A stretch of DNA of 64,000 bases from Octopus sinensis (Eukaryota). A model generated the notes under the pieces. The model was not told the DNA's origin, ran no database searches, and saw only the letters and a list, made by a program, of their open reading frames with translations. The position numbers and the translations under genes are program-made. The DNA lies in contig NC_043011.1 in assembly GCF_006345805.1 (NCBI RefSeq), positions 12,970,464 through 13,034,463 of the forward strand. Reading direction: 5' to 3'. Position 1 is the first letter of the stretch; each line of letters starts with the position of its first letter. Shown here one piece after another: positions 12,154 to 26,360 of the stretch.

Positions 12154-12538
12154 GGGAAGCACTCCGTCGGTTACGACGACGAGGGTTCCGGTTGATCCGA
12201 TCAACGGAACAGCCTGCTCGTGAAATTAATGTGTAAGTGGCTGAGCACTCCACAGACATGTGTACCCTTAACGTAGTTCTCGGGGATATTCAGCGTGACA
12301 CAGAGAGTGACAAGGCCGGCCCTTTGAAATACAGGCACAACAGAAACAGGAAGTAAGAGTGAGAGAAAGTTGTGGTGAAAGAGTACAGCAGGGATCACCA
12401 CTATCCCTGCCGGAGCCTCGTGGAGCTTTAGGTGTTTTCGCTCATTAAACACTCACAACGCCCGGTCTGGGAATCGAAACCGCGATCCTAAGACCGCGAG
12501 TCCGCTGCCCTAACCACTGGGCCATTGCGCCTCCACAC
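12154..12538 (-). mobile_element. tRNA-derived SINE family C, full length
   Basis: Reverse-complement head GTGGAGGCGCAATGGCCCAGTGGTTAGGGCAGC with A/B boxes; TSD TCAGTCCAT at 12145-12153 and 12539-12547. Confidence 0.88.
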
Positions 12539-13176
12539 TCAGTCCATAGAAATATATACACAAAAAAATAGTAACAGCATCATTAGTTTCTAAAACTATG
12601 ATGAAGAGAAGAGCAAATGCTTCGCTCTACCATTTCATCATATTCGCTTTTTCCAAAAGCTTCATCAGAATTTAGAAACACAAAAACTTACTGTGAAGGA
12701 AATATCATATGGTCAGATGAGAGGATGTAATAATATATCATACGTCAACTGGACGGAAGTGCTTTTCCAATATATTTGGAGCTTCTAGTTGTTAAACCGA
12801 CTGCTTCAGCAATAATAGTAACAAAGTAAATATTTCTCCTCTATTCTATTATAAATAAGCTCATTATTTCTTTGGAACTCTTTTAACAAGAATACAAATT
12901 GTTTCGGACAAAACTAAGAAAAATTGACATACTTATGTAAATAGTCAGACGCTAGTTATTACCAAAATTATTGTGATATCTTTGGTATTCCATTGTCAAA
13001 TATTTCTATTGACAATTAATTTCTGTGTTCATATTAACGAACACATATTTTACATTTTTACGATATAAATTATTAAAAGATTTGAGAGAAATTATTAACA
13101 GTTCACTATGTTGGAGAATGTCTATAGAGATTATAAAATAGGCTGTCACAGGTGTTTTCGTTGTTGACATGTTACT

Positions 13177-13643
13177 ATGATATGGTCATCAAATCTAAGT
13201 AGAGACTTCAAACTTGAAATCTTCAAAGCCACAGTCGAACCAATTCTACTATATGGCTCAGACACCTGGACGTTATCAAAGAAGCTTGAGAGGCGGTTGG
13301 ATGAAACCTACACTCACCTCCTTATGAGAGCTCAAAATCTCTCGTGGAAGCGCCATCCAACCAAAGTACAAATATATGGGAAACTACCACCTGTATCATC
13401 TCTTGTGAAAGGTAGGAGAGTCCAGTTTGCTGGACATTGTTGTAGAACTGAAAAAGAAATAATTTCTACTCTTCTCCTCTGGAAGCAATCTACTCGCGCA
13501 CATTCTCCTATCCTGATGTAATCTCCAGGGATACAGGCATCCAGCAACAGGACCTCCGTAATGCCATGATGGACCGTGAAGTCTGGCGTAGCATAGTAAA
13601 TTCCATTGTCTCGACCACGGTCGAACAATGATGATGATGATGA
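13177..13643 (+). mobile_element. RTE-clade LINE 3' end, 5'-truncated
   Basis: ORF 13177-13521 EPILLYGSDTWTLSKKLERRLD...RRVQFAGHC; (TGA)n tail; same family as 5447-5848. Confidence 0.85.
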
Positions 13644-14319
13644 TATAGCACCTTACTTTAGATCTTCATAGAGGCATTGATGTGAGCATCTATTATGATA
13701 AGAATATTGGTAGAGATCCTTTCAACAAATGCCCTCCCCATTCATGTCAGCATTCTGATACAAACGTTATATTAATCAACTGCATCAATCTCACAAACCT
13801 AGGAGGGCCTTCAAAGGTCATAAGCACTCTACGACCAAGATAATCCGACGCACTGTCCTCTAATATCAACAATTCTCATACGAAGAATAGTTCTCGCTAT
13901 TTGTTAATGTTCAACAAAAGCCATCATCGACAGAGGACTTTTCCAGAAATCTTAGGTCAGGATCAAGATAATGCAATTGAATGATAAAACCTTTCTTATT
14001 GATCATCTTTAGAGCTCGCTTGGCGTCGCTCTTCTATAATGACGCATCATATTTGCAATTTATACCAACAATTCTCCATTACCCATAATTAGCTACAACT
14101 TAGTTTCTCTCACTAATTCGCTCATCCAGTTTTTCTGTCTGATAACCAGTTTTCCACCGAACTCCTTATTGACCCCTAATTGTTTCCATCTGTCGCTAAT
14201 CTCCAAATTTTGAAGCACTACGATAAATACATTCCCCCTTATCTTCTCTCTCACAAGAGTTTCCACAGATTATCAACAATTTTCTTCCGACACATATATA
14301 GCAAGAACAATTAGAGTTT

Positions 14320-14538
14320 ACTCTTTCTCTTTTACTCTTTTACTTGTTTCAGTCATTTGACTGCGGCCATGCTGGAGCACCGCCTTTAGTCGAGCAACTC
14401 GACCCCGGGACTTATTCTTTTGTAAGCCCAGTACTTATTCTATCGGTCTCTTTTGCCGAACCGCTAAGTTACGGGGACATAAACACACCAGCATCGGTTG
14501 TCAAGCAATGCTAGGAGGACAAACACAGACACACAAAC

Positions 14539-14597
<59 letters not shown>

Positions 14598-14762
14598 TAC
14601 GACAGGCTTCTTTCAGTTTCCGTCTACGAAATCCACTCACAAGGCTTTGGTCGGCCCGAGGCTATAGTAGAAGACACTTGCCCAAGGTGCCACGCAGTGG
14701 GACTGAACCCGGAACCATGTAGTTGGTAAACAAGCAACTTACCACACAGCCACTCCTGCGCC
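14320..14762 (-). mobile_element. SINE family A
   Basis: Full-length match to family A. Confidence 0.85.
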
Positions 14763-15311
14763 CTGTTTCTTTTTTTTTTAATGGTATTTTCCCAACACAC
14801 AGACACCTCTTTGGAAAGCAGTATGTATTATTTAGTGTTTATATTTCAGCGCTCTGATAAAGAGATTACAGTTTTAAGCAGTTTTGCAATTTCTTGATAC
14901 AAAAATAGAAACCCGTTCATAAAATTCCTCTGGATATTCACCAGCATCCATCTGGAAAACAATAAAATCTACCAAACAGGAAAACACGACAAAACAAAAA
15001 AAAATATTATTTAAATTTTCACTTGGTAATTGCTTTGTGAGAAAGACTAAAATTTACTTCGCTGATGTCCATATGTTCGCTGCTTTCTCTTTATAAACAC
15101 TGAAAGCCATTAATTATTCAATATGTTTATGTAAAATATGATCTAAAATGTCATAATTTGAAATAGTCGATTACGAGGAAAGGAAATGATCAAGACGGAA
15201 ATCTAGGATGTTTGATATCTCGGAGTGTACCAATACGATACTGAGATCAAGTTGTCTCCCCAGAAAATTAGTTTTGGATAATCAGAGGTAAATTTTATAA
15301 GTAAAAGAAAA

Positions 15312-15486
15312 TTCTTTTCTACCCTAGGCACAAGGCCCTAAATTTTTGGGAAGGGGCCAGTCGATTAGATCGACCCCAGTACGCAACTAGTACTTAATTT
15401 ATCGACCCTGAAAGGATGAAAGGCTAAGTCAACCTCGGCGGAATTTGAACTCAGAACGTAAAGACAGACGAAATACCGCTAAGCAT
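15312..15486 (-). mobile_element. SINE family B, 5'-truncated
   Basis: Matches 3985-4160. Confidence 0.75.
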
Positions 15487-16005
15487 ATTATAAATTATAA
15501 TAAATTTTATTTTATCTATGAATAGACGATACATCGTCTATTCATAGATGACATGAGAATTTGTGTTGGCTTTCCTGAATTATGTTACTGAAAGCAGTCA
15601 CAGTCTACAATAAAGGAAAGTATTTAATAAATTTATAAACCAAATACTATTATAATTTCATTTTAATATTTTCTTACAGAGTACATAAGCACCTCTAATT
15701 TAAACTCTAGCATTCTAGCTATATTCCAACCTTTCCACTGATATTCTGGCTAAATCCTAATCAAACTCGCCAACTAAGCAATAATTATGGAAATATAGAA
15801 TAAGTTACGATCGTGGGATCTTTTCGGTTTGACCGGCAGTTTTTTAAAATAATTTGTTGAATTTTGAAGACCTGAACTATTATAGAATTGATTGTAGTAT
15901 AACGAAGTGTAGAATATTTAAACTTAGCGTTGTATTTTATTCCAATGCTTGAAATGGTTTCAATAGCTCCATGTTTCGAATATGAAATAGTTCATATCAC
16001 GATCA

Positions 16006-16415
16006 GGATCTTTTCGGTTTGAACGGCAGTTTTTTCTAGCGGTGTCATATGAAATTGTCACCCATAATTATGACCCTAGTATCGATCTATTTCATTTCAA
16101 TCTGTTTTAGGGTTAGGGGTGGGGGGAAGGGTATCTTTTTTTCTTCAGAAATGTAAATAAACCCAATCTGTTTCTTAAACGAGGGACATATTCATACGGC
16201 ACAGAATGTTTTCACCTCAATAGACGTCATTGATTGGTTGAAATTGCAGAAATTGAAAAAAAAAACCAACAAATATCTTACAAACTATAGAATTTTCTCA
16301 ATAAAGCCAAGAGAAAAAGATGTTTTATAAACACATTCTACCAGTATACGAAGTTTAAAAGTGTTTAGTTACGTGGAAATTATTTTAAAAACTGCCGGTC
16401 AAACCGAAAAGATCC
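16006..16415. mobile_element. Merlin-like MITE, with an extra inverted end at 15816-15855
   Basis: Both TIRs present, internal TTAGGG repeats, opposite orientation to 926-1355; flanks do not form a TSD. Confidence 0.85.
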
Positions 16416-17037
16416 CTTTCTCATAGAAATTATCACTGTAAAGCAGGCTTGAACTTCCCCCAACAATAAACAGATATTTTGAAAAACCCCGACAATGAGA
16501 AAAGAACAAATTAGTCTCATTCCCCAGCTCCAAAACTATGAAAAGCTATTTCTGCGTTAATTATAAATAGTTTACAACTTTCCCTCCAATCTCTGTATTA
16601 CAATCTCTGTTGACCTCTCATGATGACTCCACAACATCAAGGTTTATGATAGTAAATAGGATCAACACCTCGACCAACTACTAAAAATGTGCGTGTGTAT
16701 GTTTGTGTATGTATATCTGCGTGTATATGTGTGTGCGTTTGTGTGTGTTGTGTGTATTTTCTCATTTCGTATGTAAATATCCACAACTACAACCATTCAT
16801 ATACCGACGAACACTGTCTGTTTTTTTTTTCTCTCTCTCTCTCTCTTTCCTATTTTCACTACAACAGATCTCTGTCTACTCCACCTAAACACATTCATAT
16901 CACCGGACATTTCTTCACCCCTCTTCTCTTTTACCTTCATTTCATACTTTGTCAGGTCCGTTCCTTATCACGACTATAATCCCTTACAAGTCCTTGGTTT
17001 TACTTGTTTTGATTTATTTCCTCAACCCCCGCCTCCA

Positions 17038-17419
17038 ATGGAAGCACTCCGTCGGTTACGATGACGAGGGTTCCGGTTGATCCGATCAACAGAACAGCCT
17101 GCTCATGAAATTAACGTGTAAGTGGCTGAGCACTCCACAGACACGTGTACCCTTAACTTAGTTCTCGGGGATATTCAGCGTGGCACAGAGAGTGACAAGG
17201 CCGGCCCTTTGAAATACAGGTACAACAGAAACAGGAAGTAAGAGTGAGAGTAAGTTATGGTGAAAGAGTACAGCAGAGATCACCACCACCCCCTGCCAGA
17301 GCCTCATGGAGCTTTAGGTGTTTTCGCTCAATAAACACTCACAACGCCCGGTTTGGGAATCGAAACCGCGATCCTACGACCACGAGTCCGCTGCCCTAAC
17401 CACTGGGCCATTGCGCCTC
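17038..17419 (-). mobile_element. SINE family C, full length
   Basis: Matches 12154-12538; TSD CAACCCCC(G/A)CCTCCA on both sides. Confidence 0.88.
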
Positions 17420-17629
17420 CAACCCCCACCTCCATCTAATCAATGACCTGACACAGAAACAGAACATCAGGGTTTCCAAGTCATTTTTCACTCAAAGCCA
17501 CTCATCAGACACTCCTTTGCAGATTTCATGATAAATATCGAATTTTTTTAATTTTTTAAAAAAGAAATTTTCATTACATTCATATTTTTTGTGGCTTTTT
17601 CTTTCTCTCTATATATTCTGTTTTGTGTT

Positions 17630-17866
17630 TACTCTTTTACTCTTTTACTTGTTTCAGTTATTTACCAGCAGCCATGCTGGAGCACCGCCTTTAGTCGAGC
17701 AACTCGACCCCGGGACTTATTCTTTGTAAGCCTAGTACTTATTCTATCGGTCTCTTTTGCCGAACCGCTAAGTGATGAGGACACAAACACACCCGTATCG
17801 GTTGTCAAGCAATGCTAGGGGGGGCCAAACACAGACACGCACACACACGCACACACACACACACAC

Positions 17867-17910
<44 letters not shown>

Positions 17911-18557
17911 GACGGGCTTCTTTCAGTTTCCGTCTACCAAATCCATTCACAAGACTTTGGTCGGCCCGAGGCTATAGTAGAAGACACCTGCCCAAGGTGC
18001 CACGCAGTGGGACTTAACCCGGAACCATGTGGTTGGTAAGCAAGCTACTTACCACACAGCCACTCCTGCACCTATATTTACTTTTAATATACAAATTTAG
18101 ATTCTTTGAACATTAATAAACTGTGGGTGTGTGGTAAGAAGCTTGCTTCCCAACCACACGGTTCCAGATTCAGTCCTACTGCGTGGCACCTTGGGCAAGT
18201 ATCTTTTACTATAGCCTCGGGCTGACCAAAGTCTTGTGAGTGGACTTGGTAGACGGAAACTGAAAGAAGCCCGTCGTATATATATGTGTGTATGTGAGAG
18301 TGTGTGTGTGTGTGTGTGTGTGTGTCTTTGTGACTGTGTTTATCCCCACACCATCACTTGACAACCGATGTTTGTGTGTTTACACCCCCCCCCCCCCCAA
18401 TAACTTAAAGGTTCGGCAAAAGGGGGCCGATAGAATAAGTACTAGGCTTACAAAGTCCTGGGGTTGATTTCTTCGACTAAATAAACTTTGTGATGTGGTG
18501 CTCCAGCATAGCCGCAGTCAAATGACTGAAACAAGTAACAATATAAGAATAAAAGAA
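17630..18557. mobile_element. Two head-to-head SINE family A copies (17630-18072 minus; 18123-18557 plus)
   Basis: Both match family A; inverted arrangement about 50 bp apart. Confidence 0.8.
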
Positions 18558-19066
18558 TAATTAAGAAATATTAGCTCTTGCAAAGTTTAGCCTCTTGGGT
18601 TCTCATTTAGTTAACCCCTAACATGGGACGAATACATTAAATTTGAAACCTCATCGTTTCTCTTCAAATTCGCCAGGGGAAAACATTAACGCCACAAAAT
18701 CTTATTTCATCTCTCTCATAAATTCAGCCTCGTATAAACAAAAAACAGAAATCAGTATTTTGCACCAGTTATTAAGTCACCTCGAGGATCAATTATTATT
18801 ATTTTGTATAAGTTTTCTATTGATTTGGTACGAAAGACTTACATTTTAAGGGCAAGAACGGAAAGAAGCGTTGACCTCCATTTGGCGGGAGGATTAGGTG
18901 CATAACTGTTGTTGCATCAACTGATAATCAAAACTGGGTGGAGATTTTGATTAGGCACGACTTGACCTCTTGCTCGTCACACATTTATAAAAATATGATG
19001 TGAGGGTCCATGGCTTTCAATTGATATTAATGACGTAAAGAAAGCAGAACAGTGTCAGTGACACAC

Positions 19067-19174
<108 letters not shown>

Positions 19175-19285
19175 AGGCGGGTTCGAAGGATAGGCAGAAA
19201 GGAGTTTTACCTTTTACATTATTTCATGCTTATTCACACGCCTAGCGCACACCTGCATACACACACACACGCACACACACACACA

Positions 19286-19316
<31 letters not shown>

Positions 19317-20181
19317 CACAACACATGCACACATATACACATACGTACACTATCTATACATGAATGTTCCGTCACTTGCAATTAAAGTGTAAGAGACAGT
19401 ATTCCCAGACGCTTGTCATCGAAACATAATCCTTAAGAGTGTAATAAGGTAAGGTCCCCTCGCACTGAAGTCACAGTCCAGTATATAATAGAAGTATATG
19501 TGTGTGTGTGTGTATAGTGTGTGCTGCGCGTGTGTGTGTGTAACAATCGTGACTCAAAGACTAAGAGTTTCATCTCGAAGCAAAGTGCTCGGAACGAAAC
19601 TCTGGGTCTCTTGAGCGCTTCCGTCACTTATGCAGCTTTTTACTATAAATTACACACACAAGCACAGACGCACACATATATGTATATATGTATGTATATA
19701 TACATAAAAATACACACATTTATACATATACATAATATTTATATCTATATCTATGTATGTGTGTGTGTAAATGTGTGTATGTGTATGTGTATGTGTGTGT
19801 GCATGTATATGTGTATGTGTGTGTGTGTAAAATTAATATAAACAGCTAAGTGCAATATAATACCATAAAAGGAAAATTTTATCGTCACCTATATTGCAAG
19901 AAATAAGGGTTAAAATTTTTTAACGTTGTAAAAAGCGCGCGAAGTGCATATATACTGATAGGAGAGATAACCGCCCACATAAACGTCTCTAGGATCACTA
20001 GACTAGTTTTGCCTATCAATCATAGTTCGTCATTAATGACTGCTCAAACCGTCGATGGTTTGGCTAAATCGGGCTTTCGGTATATATGTTTTACCATAAA
20101 AATTTATGGCTTTCAAAACTAGAAATATTATTATTTCTAAATCTCTCTAAAGGAGAATACAGCAGTAGTACTGGGTATTAA

Positions 20182-20340
20182 CAGTTATCGCCAAGCTAAC
20201 ATAGCAGTCTAGAAAAATAGGACGAATCGACACAGGTTTGTGTGTCATATAGCTAGCTAGAGGCGATGGCCTCTTGGAGCTAATCAACGACAACATTCGT
20301 CCTATTTTTCTGGACTGCTGTGTTAGCTTGGCGATAGCTA
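20182..20340. mobile_element. Small MITE-like inverted repeat flanked by TTAA
   Basis: 46-bp arms 20182-20227 and 20295-20340; TTAA at 20178-20181 and 20341-20344. Confidence 0.6.
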
Positions 20341-21374
20341 TTAATTTCTGGTTGATTTTGCGAAATGCTAATGCGTATATCAAAAATTAATATAAACAGC
20401 TAGGCGCAGTATAATACCATAAAGGAAAAATGTTATCGTCACTGATTGTGACTGACGATGCCCAAGCAACTATATTGCTAGAAATAAGAGTTAAAAACTC
20501 TTAATGCTGTAAGAAGCGAGCAACATATATATACACTGACAGGGGAGATAACTGCCCCATGACCGTCTCTAGAATCACTAGACTACTTTCGCCGACACAC
20601 ACACACACACACAAGATGTATATAAGATTCGTAATATTAAGGACACCAAGTCAGGGTCGAATTCGTCACATACATATATATATATACCATACACAAATAC
20701 AACCCTACATATCCGTGCATATACGGGCATATTCATACACCCACATACTTATGTACATGTTCCCACAAATAAGCCCAAGGCTATAACTATGCATGTATAT
20801 ATATAATTATATACCGATGCACACAGGTATGCATGTTCTCGATCCAATGCAAGTTCCAGATCCGACAGAAATGGGTTAAGGTTCGTTTCAGCTGTTTCAA
20901 GAATATTTTTTATTGATGAATAATTCGATTACATCATGAAAAATATTTTCCTCGAGTGAATTGAAAATTTAAAATTTTGTTGGAGAAAAAAAATTACAAG
21001 AAGTGCACGCAGCCTCCCATTTAGGCATCATTGAAGAGGATTGTTATTTATGGATTAAAAAAATGCTTCTGAAACAGCTTCAGTTTGACTTTAACCTTTG
21101 TTAAAGAATTACAAAGCGAAGATATTACTTGTTTCTTATTATATCACGGTTGATGATTTGTAGCTTTTACTATACCTATGCCATAGGTGACTCCTTTCGA
21201 TTAAATTTAGTGCAGAATTTTGATATTGATACGGTATACAAATATCTCTTTTCAAAGATGCTATCATTTGTACTAAGCTACAATATCATACAATATCTTA
21301 ATAGCCAATTCTGCCAATCATCGGAAATGGCTGAAAGAATCATATATGAATATTTATGAGTATGTATGTATATA

Positions 21375-21426
<52 letters not shown>

Positions 21427-21447
21427 TATATGTATGTATGTATGTAT

Positions 21448-21539
<92 letters not shown>

Positions 21540-21871
21540 TATATATATATATATATTATATATATATGTATATATATATATATGTATGTATATATATATA
21601 TAATTTCAGCAACAGTTTAGATTCAAATGAATATGGTACTTAATTTAGATGCACCAGAATTTTGTATGGTGTTATCCATAAAATTTTACGGGGTGATTAT
21701 AATCAAAAATATAGCAGTTAGATACAACCATAGCTTGGTCAGTCAGTGGCTGGACTTCACAACCTCATATGTTCTTAAAATTTAAGTCTACATCTTTATC
21801 TGTATATCTGCCTTCTCTATAATGTTACTACTTGATTTGAAAGCTTTTGCATTATTGGAAAACCTATATAA

Positions 21872-21957
21872 TTGGCTGATGAGCACTCAGCATCTTAAAT
21901 CTGCTGTAATACTTACAACTTTTAATAAAATGATGTAGTGCGAAACAATTGTACCAA
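21872..21957 (+). ncRNA. Type I hammerhead ribozyme motif with long stem II insertion
   Basis: ttgg CTGATGA gcact...(~49 nt)...agtgc GAAA caattg TA ccaa; palindromic stem III ACAATTGT. Confidence 0.65.
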
Positions 21958-22044
21958 ATTACCGGAGTTATTCTTGTTGCTTATTTTTGATTATGTATAT
22001 AAATATATATACATATATATTTATACATATATACACATGTATAA

Positions 22045-22370
22045 CTGGCCCTCCATCGGTTACGACTACGAGGGTTCCAATTGATCCGATCGACGTATCA
22101 GCCTCCTCGTGAAATTAACGTGAAAATAGCCGAGTGCCCCGCAGACACGCGTACCCTTAACATAGTTCTCGAGGAGATTCAGTGTGACACAGAATACTAC
22201 TGGGATGGCCCTTCGAATTACTGGTACAACTCGTTTTTGGCAGCTAAGTTGACTGGAGCAACGTGAAATAAAATGTCTGCATTAAGGACACAACGCGCCG
22301 AGGGTTTTTCGAACTCACGCCCTTACGATCGCAAGCCGAATACCCTAACTACGAAATCACACCCCTTCGC
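22045..22370 (-). mobile_element. Diverged SINE related to family C
   Basis: Tail CATCGGTTACGACTACGAGGGTTCC and degenerate tRNA head. Confidence 0.65.
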
Positions 22371-22501
22371 ATGTATATAAGTGTATACACATACACACAC
22401 ACACACACAGATAGATAAATAAACAAAAATGCTTATATATACATGTGTATATATGTATATATATATTATATATATATATAATATGTATGTATGTATATAT
22501 A

Positions 22502-22574
<73 letters not shown>

Positions 22575-22676
22575 ATATATAATATATATATATATATACT
22601 TTAAAGCATATTACTCTACCACTGGTATTTGAGTACTTTTTTTTCCACTTGTTTCACATTTATGTGTTTACTCTCC

Positions 22677-22719
<43 letters not shown>

Positions 22720-22820
22720 ATTATATATATATATATATATATGTACATATATATAATATATATAATGTACATTATTGTACATATACACATGATATATATG
22801 TCTGTATGTATATGTATAGG

Positions 22821-22854
<34 letters not shown>

Positions 22855-22891
22855 GAGTGTGTGTGTGTACATATGTATATGTAGATATATA

Positions 22892-22928
<37 letters not shown>

Positions 22929-23297
22929 ATATATATATATATACACATGTAAGTACCTACATATATCCATACGCACATATAATAAGCAGGTTTGGGTATG
23001 TGAAAGTTTACAGGCATTTGTGAAGGTTTTTTTTTTTTTGTGTCGGTGCAAATATGTTTGTTATATGTATTGTAGTGAAATGAAAACTTCGTCCAAGCAA
23101 GCAATTACTAGAAAAAACGCTCCCTCTACAGATGCTTAAAGTCTAAAACCAACGAGCAAGGGTGATAATTACAGTAAGATCAAGTTGATCGAAGTTTTTG
23201 AACTCTGTGCGCAATGAATCTTTGTCTCTAAAGCCAACTGATGGGAACAGGTAACATGCTTAGGAGACCTTAATAACTGAAGCATAATATAGTCCTC

Positions 23298-23716
23298 GGA
23301 TCTTTTAGGTTTGAACGGCAGTTTTTTAAGATAATTTCCAGGTAACTAAACACTTTTAAACTTCGTATACTGGTAGAATGTGTTTATAAAACATCTTTTT
23401 CTCTTGGCTTTATTGAGAAAATTGTAAGATATTTGTCGGTTTTTTTCTTCAATTTCTGCAGTTTCAACCAATCACTGACGTCCGTTGAGGTAAAAAACAT
23501 TCTGTGCCTTATGAATATGTCCCTCGTTTAAGAAACAGATTGGATTTATTTACATTTCTGAAGGAAAAAAGATACCCTTCCCCCCACCCCTAACCCTAAC
23601 TAACCCTAACCCTAAAACAGATTGAAATGCAATAGATCGATACTAGGGTCATAATTACGGGGGACAATTTCATATGACACCGCTAGAAAAAACTGCCGTT
23701 CAAACCGAAACGATCC
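23298..23716. mobile_element. Merlin-like MITE
   Basis: TIRs; 8-bp TSD TAGTCCTC at 23290-23297 and 23717-23724; internal CCCTAA repeats. Confidence 0.88.
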
Positions 23717-25542
23717 TAGTCCTCGACTGAGTATATTCTATTTTAGTTGGCAAGACAAATAGTGACCAATACGTGTAGAAATAAAGGGCGCATAGCGACA
23801 CTGATTAAGGACATCAATAATATGAATGAATGGAGGAAATATCTGGTTTTTTTTTATTATTTGATATGCCTTCTGCATATGAAGTATAAATACGGTACGT
23901 AATATAGTGAGTTAAAAAAAAAAAACTTTGGGGTCAACTGAGGTCATCAAAGCAATCAGAGCACAAACTCTCCTTCTCGGGTGTTTAATAATCTATAAAA
24001 CACAACAAGCTCCTGAAATAACTGCAATAAATGCAGATTGTTCTTTGAGGCCAACAGGTGAAAGAAACGGACACGTTTCTGTCAAATTAGGTGTTCTCGT
24101 GGTTAAGACGCTACTGTTCACTAAATCCTATAAAAAAGACAAACCTAGGATCCTGATCCATTTACAACCAGCATTATTTTTTTATTGTTCAAGAATTTCG
24201 ATGAATTGATGTCATTGGAGTTATCTCCCTTGTCTATGGGGGGTTTTTTTCTAGATTTTAAATACTCGTTAAATGGGGGGGGGTTGTCAACTAATTGTTT
24301 TGATAATCTCAGTTTGATTAGAAACTCTTTTATACTTCTTAGAGTAAGGCAGAAAGCTCCCTGGGTAAATATTCTCCCACCCATGTTCGTAATTCGTATC
24401 ATCGTCTGAGAAATAGAAAGTGGAACTGTATATATGATGTGTGTGAGTGTGGGTTTACATGTGTGTGTGTGTGTGTGTGTGTACGTGACTGCGCGCGTGT
24501 GTGTGTGTGACTGCGAGTGTGTGCGTGACTGCGCAATTATGCGTTTATGTGCAGCAGACACTATTTATTTGTTTACATTGAAAGTTACAACGAATAATAC
24601 ATCGAGCACCTCCAGTAAATATATCTAATAATGATTTTTACATAGTGTTTTTTTAATTCCTTTTTCCTTTTTCCTCTGCTTGCGTATACATCAGAATATG
24701 ACGTCTTTATATTATTGTACAGCCAGTGTTCTAGATGTACAACAGGTGTGAATATGAAAATCTGTTGTATAGCATAACAAACCAAAGAATCAGTTCAACA
24801 AGTGTTGAAAGTACAGATGAAATATTTTCACAAGTTCGCTGTAAAAGCACTCAACAATCTTTACCTGACTACAAAATATAAACGAGCCCACAGATTTGCT
24901 ATACATCCGAATTTATTTTTATTGTTATTTATTTATACATCTTAGCAACACGTTAATTACAACCAGATGATAACGTAATTAAGGGTACAACCCCTTGAAA
25001 CAGTAAACAGTGATTACACTCTAATATTGCAATATTTATCAGCAAGCAGTATGAAGTTTGTTTATTTTAGTTGTCCACACATATCTAGTGCACTAAAATA
25101 AAGAGCTAATGTTTCATGTAGTACACAGCTGTCTGTTTGGATGAGTAAAAAAAAAAAAACCAGGTTGACTAGCTGTAAAGGATGTTGGTAATAAATTTCA
25201 GAGCTAGAGAGAAAGAGGAAAGTGTTAACATTTACTCTATTGGCTAGTGCCATCTGTCACCATTTGTCTACAACGACCATCTAGATCAGAGATGGGTACA
25301 GTGTCACCATCAACGACACATTGCTTATTCACACACACACACACACACATATAAACACACACACACACACACACACGTACATACACAAACACACACGCAC
25401 ACACACATGATTAGTTATAGTTGACGTCTCTGCCGTGGCAGTCTATTTCGGTAGAGTCGAAGAAAGAAGTATTTATAATAGTTTGATCGTAAGTTACTAA
25501 AACTTCACTACACAAACAACACTGATTCACTCTCTTTCCCTT

Positions 25543-25596
<54 letters not shown>

Positions 25597-26049
25597 ACAC
25601 ACGCTCACACGTATACATGCACACGTACACACATACGCACAAACAGATAAGTATAACGCACATACACGCTAGCATAAATACGCATATGCATAAACACACA
25701 CATACACATACTCACACATTCAAATACATATACAAGTACACTCAAATGCACATTATACACACAGAGACACAGACATGCATATACACACACAGCAACACAC
25801 ATACCCACACACATACATACATATATATATATATACATACACACAGATACTAACACACACACACTCACATACTCACACACACACATACTAACACACTCAT
25901 ACACACACATACACACATACTAATACACTCACACACACACACATACACATACTAACACACTCACTCACACTCACATACTAACACACTCACACACACACTC
26001 ACATACTCACACATACACACACACACACACATACACACACACACACACT

Positions 26050-26106
<57 letters not shown>

Positions 26107-26274
26107 GCACCGCACACTACACACAAGTATATTCTGTTCGGTTATAGTTGGACATGGTTGTAACAGAATTGAGAGCAGCGTAGAAATTGAAAGGAGCAGC
26201 GCTAAGCGATGTTGCTATGTCGATAAAAATAGTAGAAGCAGAGGATGAAAGAGGAGTAAAAATAATGTACTCAC

Positions 26275-26360
26275 CGAACATTGGCCAGGGTATGGCGCCG
26301 ATTCCTATTCATACGATGTAAGTGGAGTTCACTTATAGTTCCAATCTCTGCTTGAGACAT
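26275..26360 (-). CDS. First coding exon of an unidentified host gene (MSQAEIGTISELHLHRMNRNRRHTLANV[R]); phase-2 intron follows
   Basis: CAAC-ATG start at 26360, open non-repetitive frame, donor CG|GTGAGT at 26275/26274; too short for the ORF track. Confidence 0.7.

Noticed and set aside
12460-12538. tRNA gene
   Set aside because: tRNA-like SINE head continuing into SINE body and bounded by a TSD
12630-12672. Hammerhead-like motifs on the minus strand here and near 55815-55848
   Set aside because: CTGANGA and a stem II are present but GAAA, stem III and stem I are not convincing
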